A DNA stretch of 51,206 nt, counting the filler, from Deltaproteobacteria bacterium (GTDB lineage: Bacteria > Myxococcota > JACRCW01), in assembly GCA_016218805.1 (NCBI GenBank). It is 2 parts of 2 records of this genome, joined end to end, with 100 filler letters (N's around TTAATTAATTAA, not from the genome) between each part and the next. Parts side by side here need not be neighbours in the genome. Positions count along the whole stretch, not along the records: positions 1 to 19,766 come from JACRCW010000006.1; 1 more part is not named here. The stretch is one strand, 5' to 3'. Both the position numbers and the translations under genes were made by a program. Positions within the stretch are counted from its first letter, which is position 1. Each line of letters begins with the position of its first letter. Below are positions 8,905-17,110 of this stretch, one piece after another. The notes beneath the pieces are model-generated. The model had not been told where the DNA came from and did no database searches. It worked only from the letters and a program-made list of their open reading frames with translations.

Positions 8905-9879
8905 TTGCCGCTGACCATCCTCTACCCCTCAGACGTGGCGCACGCCGTGGACCTGCACGGCGGCGCGGACGGTACCGAATACAAAGCCGGCGGCACGGAC
9001 GTGGTGGACCGGCACCACCAGGGCATCCTTGCGCCCCGCACGCTGGTGGACCTGGGACGCCTGGGCGTTCTGCGCGGCGTGGAGCAGCGCGGGGACGGCT
9101 GGCGCATTGGCGCGCTGACCACGCTGCTGGAGGTGGCCGGGCATGAGGGCCTGGGCCGGGAACACCCCGTGCTGCGCCAGGCGTGTGACCGCACCGCCAC
9201 CCCGCAGGTGCGCGCGATGGCGACGTTGGGTGGGTCGCTGCGCCAGAAGGTGCGCTGCCCGTACTTCCGCCACCCGGACTTCACGTGCTGGCGCAAGGGC
9301 GGCCAGGAGTGCTTTGCGCGCCCCGGGGACAACCACTGGCACGCCATCTGGGACAATGACACGTGCGCGGCGGTCCACCCCTCCACGCCGGCGGCCGCGC
9401 TGCTGGCGCTGGACGCGCAGCTGGACGTGCACTTCCCCGGCGGGGACCAACGCACCGTGGACATGCGCGCGTTCACCACCTTTGACGTGTCCGATGCGAT
9501 GGCGGACGACGCGCTTCCCGACGCGGCCCTGGTGCTGGGCGTGCGCATCCCGCGGCCCGCCCGCCCCACCCGGCAGGCGTATGAGCGCGCCAGCGCGCGG
9601 CACCTGGCGGATTGGGCGGACGTGGAGACCGCCGTGGTGCTGCAGATGGACGGCGACGTCGTAGCGGACGCCCGCGTGGTCCTGGGCGCCGTGGCGCGGC
9701 GGCCCCGGCGCGCCGTGGAGGTGGAGCAGCGCCTCAACGGCCACCGCCTGGACGCGGCGGTGATTGCGGACGCGTCCGCCCACGCGGCGGACGGCGCCAC
9801 GCCGCTGCCGCACAACGGCCACAAGACCCGCCTGGCCTGCAACACCGTCCAGGCCACCTTGGAGAGGCTGACCTCATGA
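8905..9879 (+). CDS. Molybdo-flavoenzyme FAD-binding subunit (PaoB/YagS/XdhB type, with the [4Fe-4S] insert)
   Basis: AGGTD FAD motif; IGALTTL; ATPQVRAMATLGG; RCPYFR..C..KGG..C..C cluster insert; VVLGAVA C-terminal domain. Confidence 0.9.
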   Translation: MPLTILYPSDVAHAVDLHGGADGTEYKAGGTDVVDRHHQGILAPRTLVDLGRLGVLRGVEQRGDGWRIGALTTLLEVAGHEGLGREHPVLRQACDRTATPQVRAMATLGGSLRQKVRCPYFRHPDFTCWRKGGQECFARPGDNHWHAIWDNDTCAAVHPSTPAAALLALDAQLDVHFPGGDQRTVDMRAFTTFDVSDAMADDALPDAALVLGVRIPRPARPTRQAYERASARHLADWADVETAVVLQMDGDVVADARVVLGAVARRPRRAVEVEQRLNGHRLDAAVIADASAHAADGATPLPHNGHKTRLACNTVQATLERLTS

Positions 9880-10103
9880 GCGCACAACCCGCGCACTGGT
9901 GCCGCCGCCTGCGGTGGAAGACCTATTCGGTGGACCAGGAGGACCCGGCGCGCGTGGGCCAGGTCTTTGCGGAGGGCGCTACCCTGTTCACCTGCCTGGC
10001 CACCACGCACCCGGTGGGCCCGGATGACGGCGCCGTGGCCCCCGAATGCTGCGCGCCCGACCGCAGCTGCTACCAGCCACACCCGCGCCTCGCTTGCGTG
10101 TGA
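9876..10103 (+). CDS. 75-aa Cys-rich microprotein, translationally coupled to the FAD subunit
   Basis: ATGA overlap at 9876-9879; MSAQPAHWCRRLRWK...FTCLATTHPVGPDD...ECCAPDRSCY; six Cys. Confidence 0.7.
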   Translation: MSAQPAHWCRRLRWKTYSVDQEDPARVGQVFAEGATLFTCLATTHPVGPDDGAVAPECCAPDRSCYQPHPRLACV

Positions 10104-10116
10104 ACATTTGTTCAGT
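10100..10116 (+). promoter_or_regulatory. LexA (SOS) box
   Basis: GTGAACATTTGTTCAGT contains the palindrome TGAACA-TT-TGTTCA (GAAC-N4-GTTC core). It matches 15/17 positions of the Myxococcus consensus CTRHAMRYBYGTTCAGS as I recall it, and lies 14 nt before the radical SAM ATG. Confidence 0.75.
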
Positions 10117-10130
10117 ATGTTCGGGCGTGC

Positions 10131-11140
10131 ATGCGCCCGGTCAGCAACCCGCCCAATCCGTGGAACAGCACGCACGTGGACTGGCTGGGGGACCCGCCGC
10201 CGGCCCGCCTGACCGTGTTTGAGGAAGACGCCCGCTCCATCCTCTCCGAGAACGACAGTCCCGACGTGGGCTTCCGCTGGTCGGTGAACCCGTACCGCGG
10301 GTGTTTCCACGCGTGCGCGTACTGCTACGCGCGGCCTACGCACCAGTATCTGGGCTTTGGGGCGGGGACGGACTTTGAACGGCGCATTGTGGCCAAGGTG
10401 AACGCGGCGGCGCTGCTGGAGCAGGCGTTCAACCGGCGGTCCTGGCTGGGCGAGCGGATTGCGTTCTCCGGTGTGACGGACTGCTACCAGCCGCTGGAGG
10501 CGCACTACGGGCTCACGCGCAGTTGCCTGGAGGTGTGTGCGCGGTTCCGCAACCCGGTGGGCATCATCACCAAGGGCGCGCTGGTGCGGCGTGACGTGGA
10601 CGTGCTGCAACAGCTCCACCGCACCGCGGCCGTGCGGGTGCACCTGTCCATCCCGGTGGCGGATGACGACACCGCGCGCATCATCGAGCCGGGCGCATCG
10701 CTCCCGTCGCAACGGTTTGCGGCCATGGAGGCGCTGGCGCGCGCGGGGGTTCCGGTGGGATTGCGGTGGCGCCGGTGCTGCCGGGGCTGACGGAGAGCCA
10801 GGTGGTGCCGCTGCTGGAGCGCGCCGCGGCGGCGGGGGCCATCTCCGCGTTCATGATCCTGCTGCGCCTGCCCGCAGAGGTCCTCCCCGTCTTCACCGAG
10901 CGCATCGACGCGGGCCTCAGCCCGGAGCGCGTGCGGCACATCTGGTCGTCGCTGCGGGAGCTGCGGGACGGGCGGGAGAACGTCAGCACGTTTGGCGGGC
11001 GGATGACGGGCCAGGGGCCGCGCTGGGAAGTCCTGGAGCGCACCTTCAACCTGGCGTGCCGGCGCCTGGGACTCAACGCCACCCCGGAGGCGGAGCCCGC
11101 CACCTTCAGCCGCCCCGGTCAGCAACTCAGCCTGCTGTGA
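10131..11140 (+). pseudogene. PA0069/Rv2578c-family (SplB-like) radical SAM protein with a single frameshift (true pseudogene or sequencing error)
   Basis: NPYRGCFHACAYCYAR (CxxxCxxC), GTDFERRI, SGVTDCYQPLE. One extra G in the GGG run at 10757-10759 joins 10131..10790 to 10766..11140 as GVPVGIAVAPVLPGL; ends QLSLL. Confidence 0.85.
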
Positions 11141-11153
11141 TACAACGCCCTGC

Positions 11154-12296
11154 ATGCCCCCTGACGACGACGTCATCTACCTGGACCATAACGCCACCAC
11201 GCCCGTGTTGCCGGAGGTGGTGGACGCGGTGACCGACGCGCTGCGGGAGGCGTGGGGCAACCCCTCCAGCGCGCACGTGTTCGGCCGGCGCGCCCGGGAC
11301 GCGGTGGAGGGCGCGCGCGCCCAGGTGGCCGCGCTGTTGAACGCGTCCCCCTCAGAGATCCTGTTCACGTCCGGCGGCACGGAGGCCAACAACCTGGCCA
11401 TCCGCGGCGTCACGGCTGCGCGCCCGGACCGCCGGCACGTGGTCACCAGCACCATTGAACACCCCGCCACCGCGCGGCCCGCGGCGCTGTTGGAGTCCAC
11501 CGGGTGGCGTGTGACGCGTGTGGGCGTGGATGGCATGGGGCGGTGCCTGGAGGGTGACGCGGAGCAGGCCATCACCGCGTCCACGGCGCTGGTCAGCGTG
11601 ATGCACTCCAACAATGAGACCGGCGTGATCCAGCCCATTGCGGCCCTGGCGGCCATCGCACATCGTCACGGCGCCACCGTCCACACCGACGCGGCGCAGA
11701 GCGTGGGCAAGGTGCCGGTGGACGTGAACGCGTTGGGCGTGGATCTGCTCAGCGTCGCCGGGCACAAGCTGTACGCGCCCAAGGGCGTGGGCGCGCTGTT
11801 CGTGAGGACGGGAACGCCGCTGGCGCCGCTGCTGCTGGGCGCCGGGCACGAAAGGGGCCTGCGCCCCGGGACGGAAAACGTGGCCTCCGTGGTAGGGCTG
11901 GGCCTGGCCTGCCAGCTGGCCGCGCGCGGCCTGGCCGCCGAGGCTACCCGCGTGGCCGCACTGCGGGATCGGCTGGCGTCCGCGCTCCGGGCCGCCGTGC
12001 CCGGCCTGGTCATCAACGGTGAGGGCGCCCCCCGCCTCCCCAACACCCTCAACGCCTGCTTCCCGCGCGTCGGCGGCACAGCGCTGCTGGCCGCCTGCCC
12101 GCAGCTCGCCGCGTCCACCGGGAGTGCCTGCCATGACGGGCAGGAGTCCGCCTCACCGGTGCTGCGCGCCATGGGCGTGGCAGAAGAGATTGCCGTGGGC
12201 GCCGTGCGCCTCACGCTGGGGCGGGGGACCACGGCGGAGCACGTGGACCGGGCCGCGGCCAAGCTTTCCGCGGCTTGGAAGGCCCTCACCGCGTGA
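11154..12296 (+). CDS. Group I cysteine desulfurase (IscS/NifS family)
   Basis: YLDHNATTP, GNPSS, FTSGGTE, NNETG, HTDAAQ, GHKLYAPKG (PLP Lys), STGSAC (catalytic Cys). Confidence 0.95.
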   Translation: MPPDDDVIYLDHNATTPVLPEVVDAVTDALREAWGNPSSAHVFGRRARDAVEGARAQVAALLNASPSEILFTSGGTEANNLAIRGVTAARPDRRHVVTSTIEHPATARPAALLESTGWRVTRVGVDGMGRCLEGDAEQAITASTALVSVMHSNNETGVIQPIAALAAIAHRHGATVHTDAAQSVGKVPVDVNALGVDLLSVAGHKLYAPKGVGALFVRTGTPLAPLLLGAGHERGLRPGTENVASVVGLGLACQLAARGLAAEATRVAALRDRLASALRAAVPGLVINGEGAPRLPNTLNACFPRVGGTALLAACPQLAASTGSACHDGQESASPVLRAMGVAEEIAVGAVRLTLGRGTTAEHVDRAAAKLSAAWKALTA

Positions 12297-12304
12297 TGCC
12301 CACA

Positions 12305-12506
12305 AAGCGAAGGGGAGCACAAAGCTCCCCTTGTCCGGCCGCCAGGTTTGGTTTTGATCGGAGAAGCCCTAGGGCACAATCTCCCTCGTTCCATCAGGCC
12401 GGTTTATCAGCGTGTCACCGCATCAGGACGTCGAACTCGTCGACTTCATAACGATGTCACCTCTGCTTGCAGCCACCTCCTTGTCGATTGAACTGCCGAC
12501 GGAGTT
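12305..12506 (-). ncRNA. Candidate ~200-nt small RNA or micropeptide (MKSTSSTS, 12449-12423) transcript
   Basis: Markedly lower GC than the flanks; bounded by a strong promoter and a terminator; contains AAGGAGGT, GAGGTGA-N7-ATG and several short hairpins; no long ORF. Confidence 0.55.
12310..12332. terminator. Intrinsic terminator-like hairpin, possibly bidirectional
   Basis: AAGGGGAGC-ACAAA-GCTCCCCTT perfect 9-bp stem between convergent units; the U-tracts are weak. Confidence 0.65.
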
Positions 12507-12511
12507 ACTGA

Positions 12512-12539
12512 AATCTACTCTTCGGATCGATCGTGTCAA
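12512..12539 (-). promoter_or_regulatory. Sigma70-type promoter driving the candidate sRNA
   Basis: Minus strand TTGACA (12539-12534), 16-nt spacer, TAGATT (12517-12512). Confidence 0.7.
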
Positions 12540-12579
12540 GCCGGATCTCCGGGCGGTTTCTACGACGTCAGTCCGATGG

Positions 12580-13464
12580 TCACAGCCCGTTGCGGCACCC
12601 CACGAACGACAGGGGCGCGCCGGCACCTTCGGGGGCTTGCCAATAGCCGTGACGAGGCGCGTCGTACGCGACAGCTTCGCCTTGGATTTCCAGTGCAAAC
12701 GGCACGGAGCCGCGCGTGGCTTGCACCAGGTCATCCACGTCACCCGACGGCAGCAGGAACTCCCACGCGCCCAGGTAGGTGCGAACCAGCAGCCGCGTGT
12801 TGTCCGGGAACAGTGATGCATCCGTGACGCTGGCCGGCAGCCCGCGTGAGGGTCCGCGGGACACGTCCAGCGTGCCGCGGGCCTCCATCACCGTGGTGAC
12901 GCCCGCAGACCAACCCGGGGCCGCGTAGAGCCGCGCCATCCCGTCCGTGCGCTTGGTCAGGATGAGCGGCACACCTTCCCGGCTCACCACCAGCGCTTCG
13001 GCGTCCTGGGCACCGTCGGGGTACTGCAGCCGGACCTCCTCCACCGGCAGAGCTGCGCGCGGCGCTGCCGCTTCCGGTTCCGGCAGGACCCACAGCGTGA
13101 CGTGATCACGCGCCGCGGCGTTGTCCCCAATGTCCGCCACGTACACGCAGGTGCCCGCTGGGCACGGCCCCACGCTGACGGCCTCCCAGTCCGTATTGGT
13201 GGCGGCAAGCTCCAGCCGGGCGGTGACATGCGCGCCGAGGTCCACGGCAAACAGCGTGGGCGTGTGGCCACTGTCCTGCACCGCCCACAGGATGCCGGGG
13301 TTGCGGCGGGACAGCGCCAGGCCGCTCAGCTCGGAGAGGGCGTCGTCGTCCAGGCGCCCGTGCCAGGCGGGCGGCTGCCAGAACGCGCAGGGTTCAGCCG
13401 TCCCTCCCCCACAGGCCGCGCCGGCCAGCAGCCGCGCGGCAAGGCCAGGGCGAGCGCCGTTCAT
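12580..13464 (-). CDS. Secreted/lipoprotein beta-propeller-like hypothetical protein
   Basis: LAGAAC lipobox-like leader; ELSGLALS, QDSG, DWEA, VADIGDN, DAEAL and QGEAV acidic blade motifs; ATGA overlap with the GAF gene. Confidence 0.75.
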   Translation of the reverse strand: MNGARPGLAARLLAGAACGGGTAEPCAFWQPPAWHGRLDDDALSELSGLALSRRNPGILWAVQDSGHTPTLFAVDLGAHVTARLELAATNTDWEAVSVGPCPAGTCVYVADIGDNAAARDHVTLWVLPEPEAAAPRAALPVEEVRLQYPDGAQDAEALVVSREGVPLILTKRTDGMARLYAAPGWSAGVTTVMEARGTLDVSRGPSRGLPASVTDASLFPDNTRLLVRTYLGAWEFLLPSGDVDDLVQATRGSVPFALEIQGEAVAYDAPRHGYWQAPEGAGAPLSFVGCRNGL

Positions 13465-14216
13465 TCCGCGCGTGCGGGCAGGCGCTGCTGCGGGGCCAGC
13501 AGGCTCATCAGCTGTTCCAGCGTGCGCAGCTTGCGCTCCATGCGGCTGTACTGGCGCGCGTTCAGCAGCGCGGTGGCGGCGTGCGCGGACAGCAGGTGCA
13601 GCAGTTCCACGTCCGCCTGGCCCAGGCGCGTCTTGTGCTCCAGCAGCTTGAACAGCACCACGGCTCCAACAACACGGCCGGACACCGCCAGCGGCACCGC
13701 AGCCAGGATGCTCTCCCGCGGGACGCCTTCCTCAGCGTGCACAAACGGCTCCCCGCTCACCACCACCGCCCCCAGCACGCCCTGCGCCTCGGCGCGGCCC
13801 GTTGGGTAGTGCTTCTGCGCTTCTTCCCCGGCCACCACCGCCAGGTCATCCGCTTCCTCGTCCCGCAGCAGCACCGCAAACTCCTCCGCGCCCACGAAGT
13901 TGATCACCACCTCCTTGATGATTCCGACGACACGCTCCGGGTCCAGCGTGGCGTGCAGCTGGTAGCTGGAGACGTACATGTTCATCATGGCGGCGTTCAT
14001 CTCCTCCGCCTCGGCCAACCGGTCCGCCAGCTCCAGGTTCTCCTGGCTCAGCCGCAGCACCGTCTCCGCGTCGTCCTGGCCGGCGGTGACCGCGGGGGCC
14101 GGCGCCGCCGCCGCCAGGCGCGTCACCAGCTCCGCCATGGCCCGCGCGTCATCACCCGCGCGGGCGAGCCGCTCCAGCAGTTGCCGCGCCAGCTCCTTGG
14201 GGTCGTCGGATGACAC
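13461..14216 (-). CDS. Coiled-coil plus GAF domain protein
   Basis: N-terminal coiled coil; YVSSYQLHATLD...NFVGAEEF...AVPL...VVG...ELLHLLSAHAATAL GAF pattern; GTG start estimated. Confidence 0.8.
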   Translation of the reverse strand: MSSDDPKELARQLLERLARAGDDARAMAELVTRLAAAAPAPAVTAGQDDAETVLRLSQENLELADRLAEAEEMNAAMMNMYVSSYQLHATLDPERVVGIIKEVVINFVGAEEFAVLLRDEEADDLAVVAGEEAQKHYPTGRAEAQGVLGAVVVSGEPFVHAEEGVPRESILAAVPLAVSGRVVGAVVLFKLLEHKTRLGQADVELLHLLSAHAATALLNARQYSRMERKLRTLEQLMSLLAPQQRLPARAE

Positions 14217-14278
14217 GCGCTTGTTCTCCGCGTTGCGATTCGTGGCGCCCCGGCGGGCGCACGTCAAGGTGGCAGGCG

Positions 14279-16048
14279 TCAGTAGACGCGCCGTACCTCG
14301 GCGCCGTTGTAGTAGTGGCGCAGGATGTCCCGGTAGCTGTGCCCCGCCTCCGCCATGCCCACCGCGCCCGTCTGGCACATCCCCACGCCATGCCCAAACC
14401 CGCCCCCGCGGAACACCCAGGCCGTCACCGGCCCGCCGGGCGCGCCGCGCTCCTGGTCCAGTACAAACAGCCCGCTGGGCAGATTGTTGAACAACCGCCG
14501 CACCGGCAGCTCCCGGTGGACAAACGCGCTGCCCCGGCTCCCTTCCACCTTGAGCGTGCGCACCCGCCCGGACCGCCCGCGCGCCTCCACCGTCAGCGCC
14601 ACCAGCTCGCCCACGTCCAGCTCTTTGATGCGCTCCTGCGCCTCGTCACGCGTGAAGCGGCGCGTCCAGCGGAAGCGGTCCTTGCGTCCCAGCGTGGCTT
14701 TCTGGCACCACGCGGGCGGGGGCTCGTCAATGAAGCGGCGCAGCGCGTCCTCGCGGGAGAGGTCAGCCAGCGCCAGCAGGCCCGGGTGCGCCACCAGGCG
14801 TGAGGGGTCCGGCGTCATGGACGGCGGCGGCAGCATCCGCCCCGCGTGCTCCACCGGTGGCACCGCGGCGGCCAGCAGCTCCGTCGCCCCCTCGTAGTCG
14901 GCCCGTCCGCGCAGCGCCGCGGCGGGGGGGACTTCCCAGACCACGTCGTTGTCCTCGCTGCGCCCGCCGCACATGGCCGAATACACGCTGTCCACCAGCC
15001 GCCCGCCCAGAAACGCCATCTCACCGCGCGTCTGCTCCACCGCCTGCGTGCACGCCGGCTTCTCGCTCCCCAGCCCGCTGTAGACCTGGCAGTGCTGCTC
15101 GTCACACAGCACGTACGGGTCGGTGCCGTGGCGGATGCCCACCTTGGCAAAGACCTCGCCGCGCGCGGTCACCGCCTGCGCCTTGAGCGCCTCCAGCGGT
15201 GAGCTGGGGAAGATTTCCGACGGGACAATGCCCGCCAGCAGCCGGTCCACGTCCAGCGCGTTGACCGCGGCCAGCTTCCCGCGCGCATCCACCGCCACCA
15301 CCACGCGGTCCCCGTAGGACCGGTCCACCACGCCGTGGTTCTTGTACCCCTGGCTGTGCTCCACCTTCTCCACGGTGATGGGGTCGTCGCCCGCGTGCGT
15401 TTCCACCACGTCCACCGCGGTGGCCAGCGTAGCGCCGTTGTCATCCACCAGGGCCAGGCGCCCGCGCGGCAGGTCCATGAGCTCGTCATGCACGCGGGGG
15501 CGCACGCCGGTCTTGCGGTACAGCCGCTGCATCAGCGCATCCAGCTCCGCCTCCCGCGCGGGGGCCGCCGCCACCAGGGACGCGCGGTTGTCCACCACCG
15601 TGCCCTCCACGCCGTAGATGCCCCCCACCTCAAACAGCCTGACCTCCTCAGGGATTTCCGCGCGCCACCGTGTGATGAGCTCGTCCCGGCGCAGGCGCTC
15701 ATCCCGCTCCAGCGTCTCCAGCACCGCCCAGCGGCGCACCCGCGCCGGCGCGCCATCCTTGAGCCGGACCACCAGCCGCCGCCCCGGCGGGAGCTGCAGC
15801 GTCTTGGCGCCCTCCTTGTCCCGGAAGCGCACGCGCAGCGTCCCCGGCGTGCGCAGCGCCACTTCGGCCTGCCCGTCCATGAGCCCCACCAGCACCACCG
15901 GCCGCCCCGCCCCGTCAAACCGGAAGCGGTGATCAAACAGCGCGGGCAGGTCCAGCGGTTCGCTGTCAAACGGGTTGGGCGGCGCGGGCGCGGCGGCCAA
16001 CAAGAGGAACAGCGCGGGATAGAGCGGGGCACGTCGCACGCGGCGCAT
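14279..16048 (-). CDS. SpoIID/LytB-domain peptidoglycan lytic transglycosylase-like protein
   Basis: Signal peptide; GIVPSEIF...EALKAQAVTAR, CQVYSG, GFGHGVGMCQTGA, ILRHYY. Confidence 0.9.
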   Translation of the reverse strand: MRRVRRAPLYPALFLLLAAAPAPPNPFDSEPLDLPALFDHRFRFDGAGRPVVLVGLMDGQAEVALRTPGTLRVRFRDKEGAKTLQLPPGRRLVVRLKDGAPARVRRWAVLETLERDERLRRDELITRWRAEIPEEVRLFEVGGIYGVEGTVVDNRASLVAAAPAREAELDALMQRLYRKTGVRPRVHDELMDLPRGRLALVDDNGATLATAVDVVETHAGDDPITVEKVEHSQGYKNHGVVDRSYGDRVVVAVDARGKLAAVNALDVDRLLAGIVPSEIFPSSPLEALKAQAVTARGEVFAKVGIRHGTDPYVLCDEQHCQVYSGLGSEKPACTQAVEQTRGEMAFLGGRLVDSVYSAMCGGRSEDNDVVWEVPPAAALRGRADYEGATELLAAAVPPVEHAGRMLPPPSMTPDPSRLVAHPGLLALADLSREDALRRFIDEPPPAWCQKATLGRKDRFRWTRRFTRDEAQERIKELDVGELVALTVEARGRSGRVRTLKVEGSRGSAFVHRELPVRRLFNNLPSGLFVLDQERGAPGGPVTAWVFRGGGFGHGVGMCQTGAVGMAEAGHSYRDILRHYYNGAEVRRVY

Positions 16049-16134
16049 TGGTCGCAGACCGGTTCACCCCCAGGCAACCTCAACCATTGCTTCAACGCTT
16101 GCGGCGGCGGCGGCGTGCGTGCCTCAATGGCGTC

Positions 16135-17109
16135 GTGACCCACATCCACAACTCTGCGCGGGGGCGCGCCGCCTTCGCCCCCCTGGCCGCACTTGCGTGC
16201 GGCGCCCTGGCCGTGCCGCTGCAGAAGGGGTGCGCGTCCGTGCCCGTGGTGACGCGCCCCTGGTCACCGCCGCCCGCCAGCGCGGATGACCGCGTGGGCG
16301 TGTGTCCCATCATCAGTGCGCTGTCCACCACGCCGCACCTGGTGCTGGAGGGGGAAGGCGGCCTGGACGACGTGGTGCTGCCGGTGGCGAGCTTCCTGGT
16401 GCGCGCCGGCGGGAACCTGTTCCTGGTGGACGCGGGCGTGGCGGCGGCGGAGCGGCGCGCGCTCCCCGCGGGCGCGGCGGACCTGGTGATGGGGTTTGCG
16501 TACAGCCCGGCTGCGTCCGTGGCCGCCCAGCTGGCCGGCGCCGGCATCCGCTCCGCGCAGCTGGCCGCGGTGCTGCTCACCCACGCGCACCTGGACCACG
16601 CCGGTGAGCTGGAGGACCTCCCGGGCGTCCCCGTGGTCCTCAGCGAACCGGAGGCGCAGTCCCTGGGCGCGCTCCCCGCGCCCGTGCGCGATTTCTCGAC
16701 GGGGCGCGCCGCGGCGGCGTGGCAACTGCTGGCTGCGCGCATGCGCGTGGTGCGCTTCCCGGAGGGACCGCTGGCGGCGGTGGACATCCTGCCGGGCGGC
16801 GCCATGTCGCTGCGTTTCACGCCGGGGCACACGCCGGGTTCCATGAGTGTGGTGGTCTCGTCAGCCGGGGGGACGGAGGTCATGCTGGGGGACGCCGCGC
16901 TGTCCGCGCGACACGTGCGTGACCTGGTGAAGAAGGGCCCGGGCGGGCGCGTGCTGGACGCGGACCCGGAGCTGGCATGGCGGACGGTGAACCGGCTGCA
17001 CGCGTGGATGGACGGGCACCCGGACTGGCGCCTGCGCGCCGCCCATGACGAGCAGGCCGTCCGTGAGCGCTTCCGCTTCCGCGCCTGCGCGCGCGACCTG
17101 CTGCGCTGA
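16135..17109 (+). CDS. Exported metallo-beta-lactamase-fold hydrolase (AHL-lactonase-like subgroup)
   Basis: LVDAG, THAHLDHAG (HxHxDH), TPGHTPG, GDAA, AHD; hydrophobic N-terminus with Cys; start uncertain. Confidence 0.8.
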   Translation: MTHIHNSARGRAAFAPLAALACGALAVPLQKGCASVPVVTRPWSPPPASADDRVGVCPIISALSTTPHLVLEGEGGLDDVVLPVASFLVRAGGNLFLVDAGVAAAERRALPAGAADLVMGFAYSPAASVAAQLAGAGIRSAQLAAVLLTHAHLDHAGELEDLPGVPVVLSEPEAQSLGALPAPVRDFSTGRAAAAWQLLAARMRVVRFPEGPLAAVDILPGGAMSLRFTPGHTPGSMSVVVSSAGGTEVMLGDAALSARHVRDLVKKGPGGRVLDADPELAWRTVNRLHAWMDGHPDWRLRAAHDEQAVRERFRFRACARDLLR

Positions 17110-17110
17110 G

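Noticed and set aside
10750..10790. Programmed ribosomal frameshift in the radical SAM gene
   Set aside because: No slippery heptamer or clear stimulatory element; a one-base loss in a G run is simpler.
12305..12506. Identifying the candidate RNA as 6S, tmRNA, T-box or hammerhead
   Set aside because: No tRNA-like ends or Ala-ending tag, no T-box sequence, CUGAUG lacks the CUGAUGA/GAAA core, and neither the long 6S-type duplex nor its usual gene context is evident.
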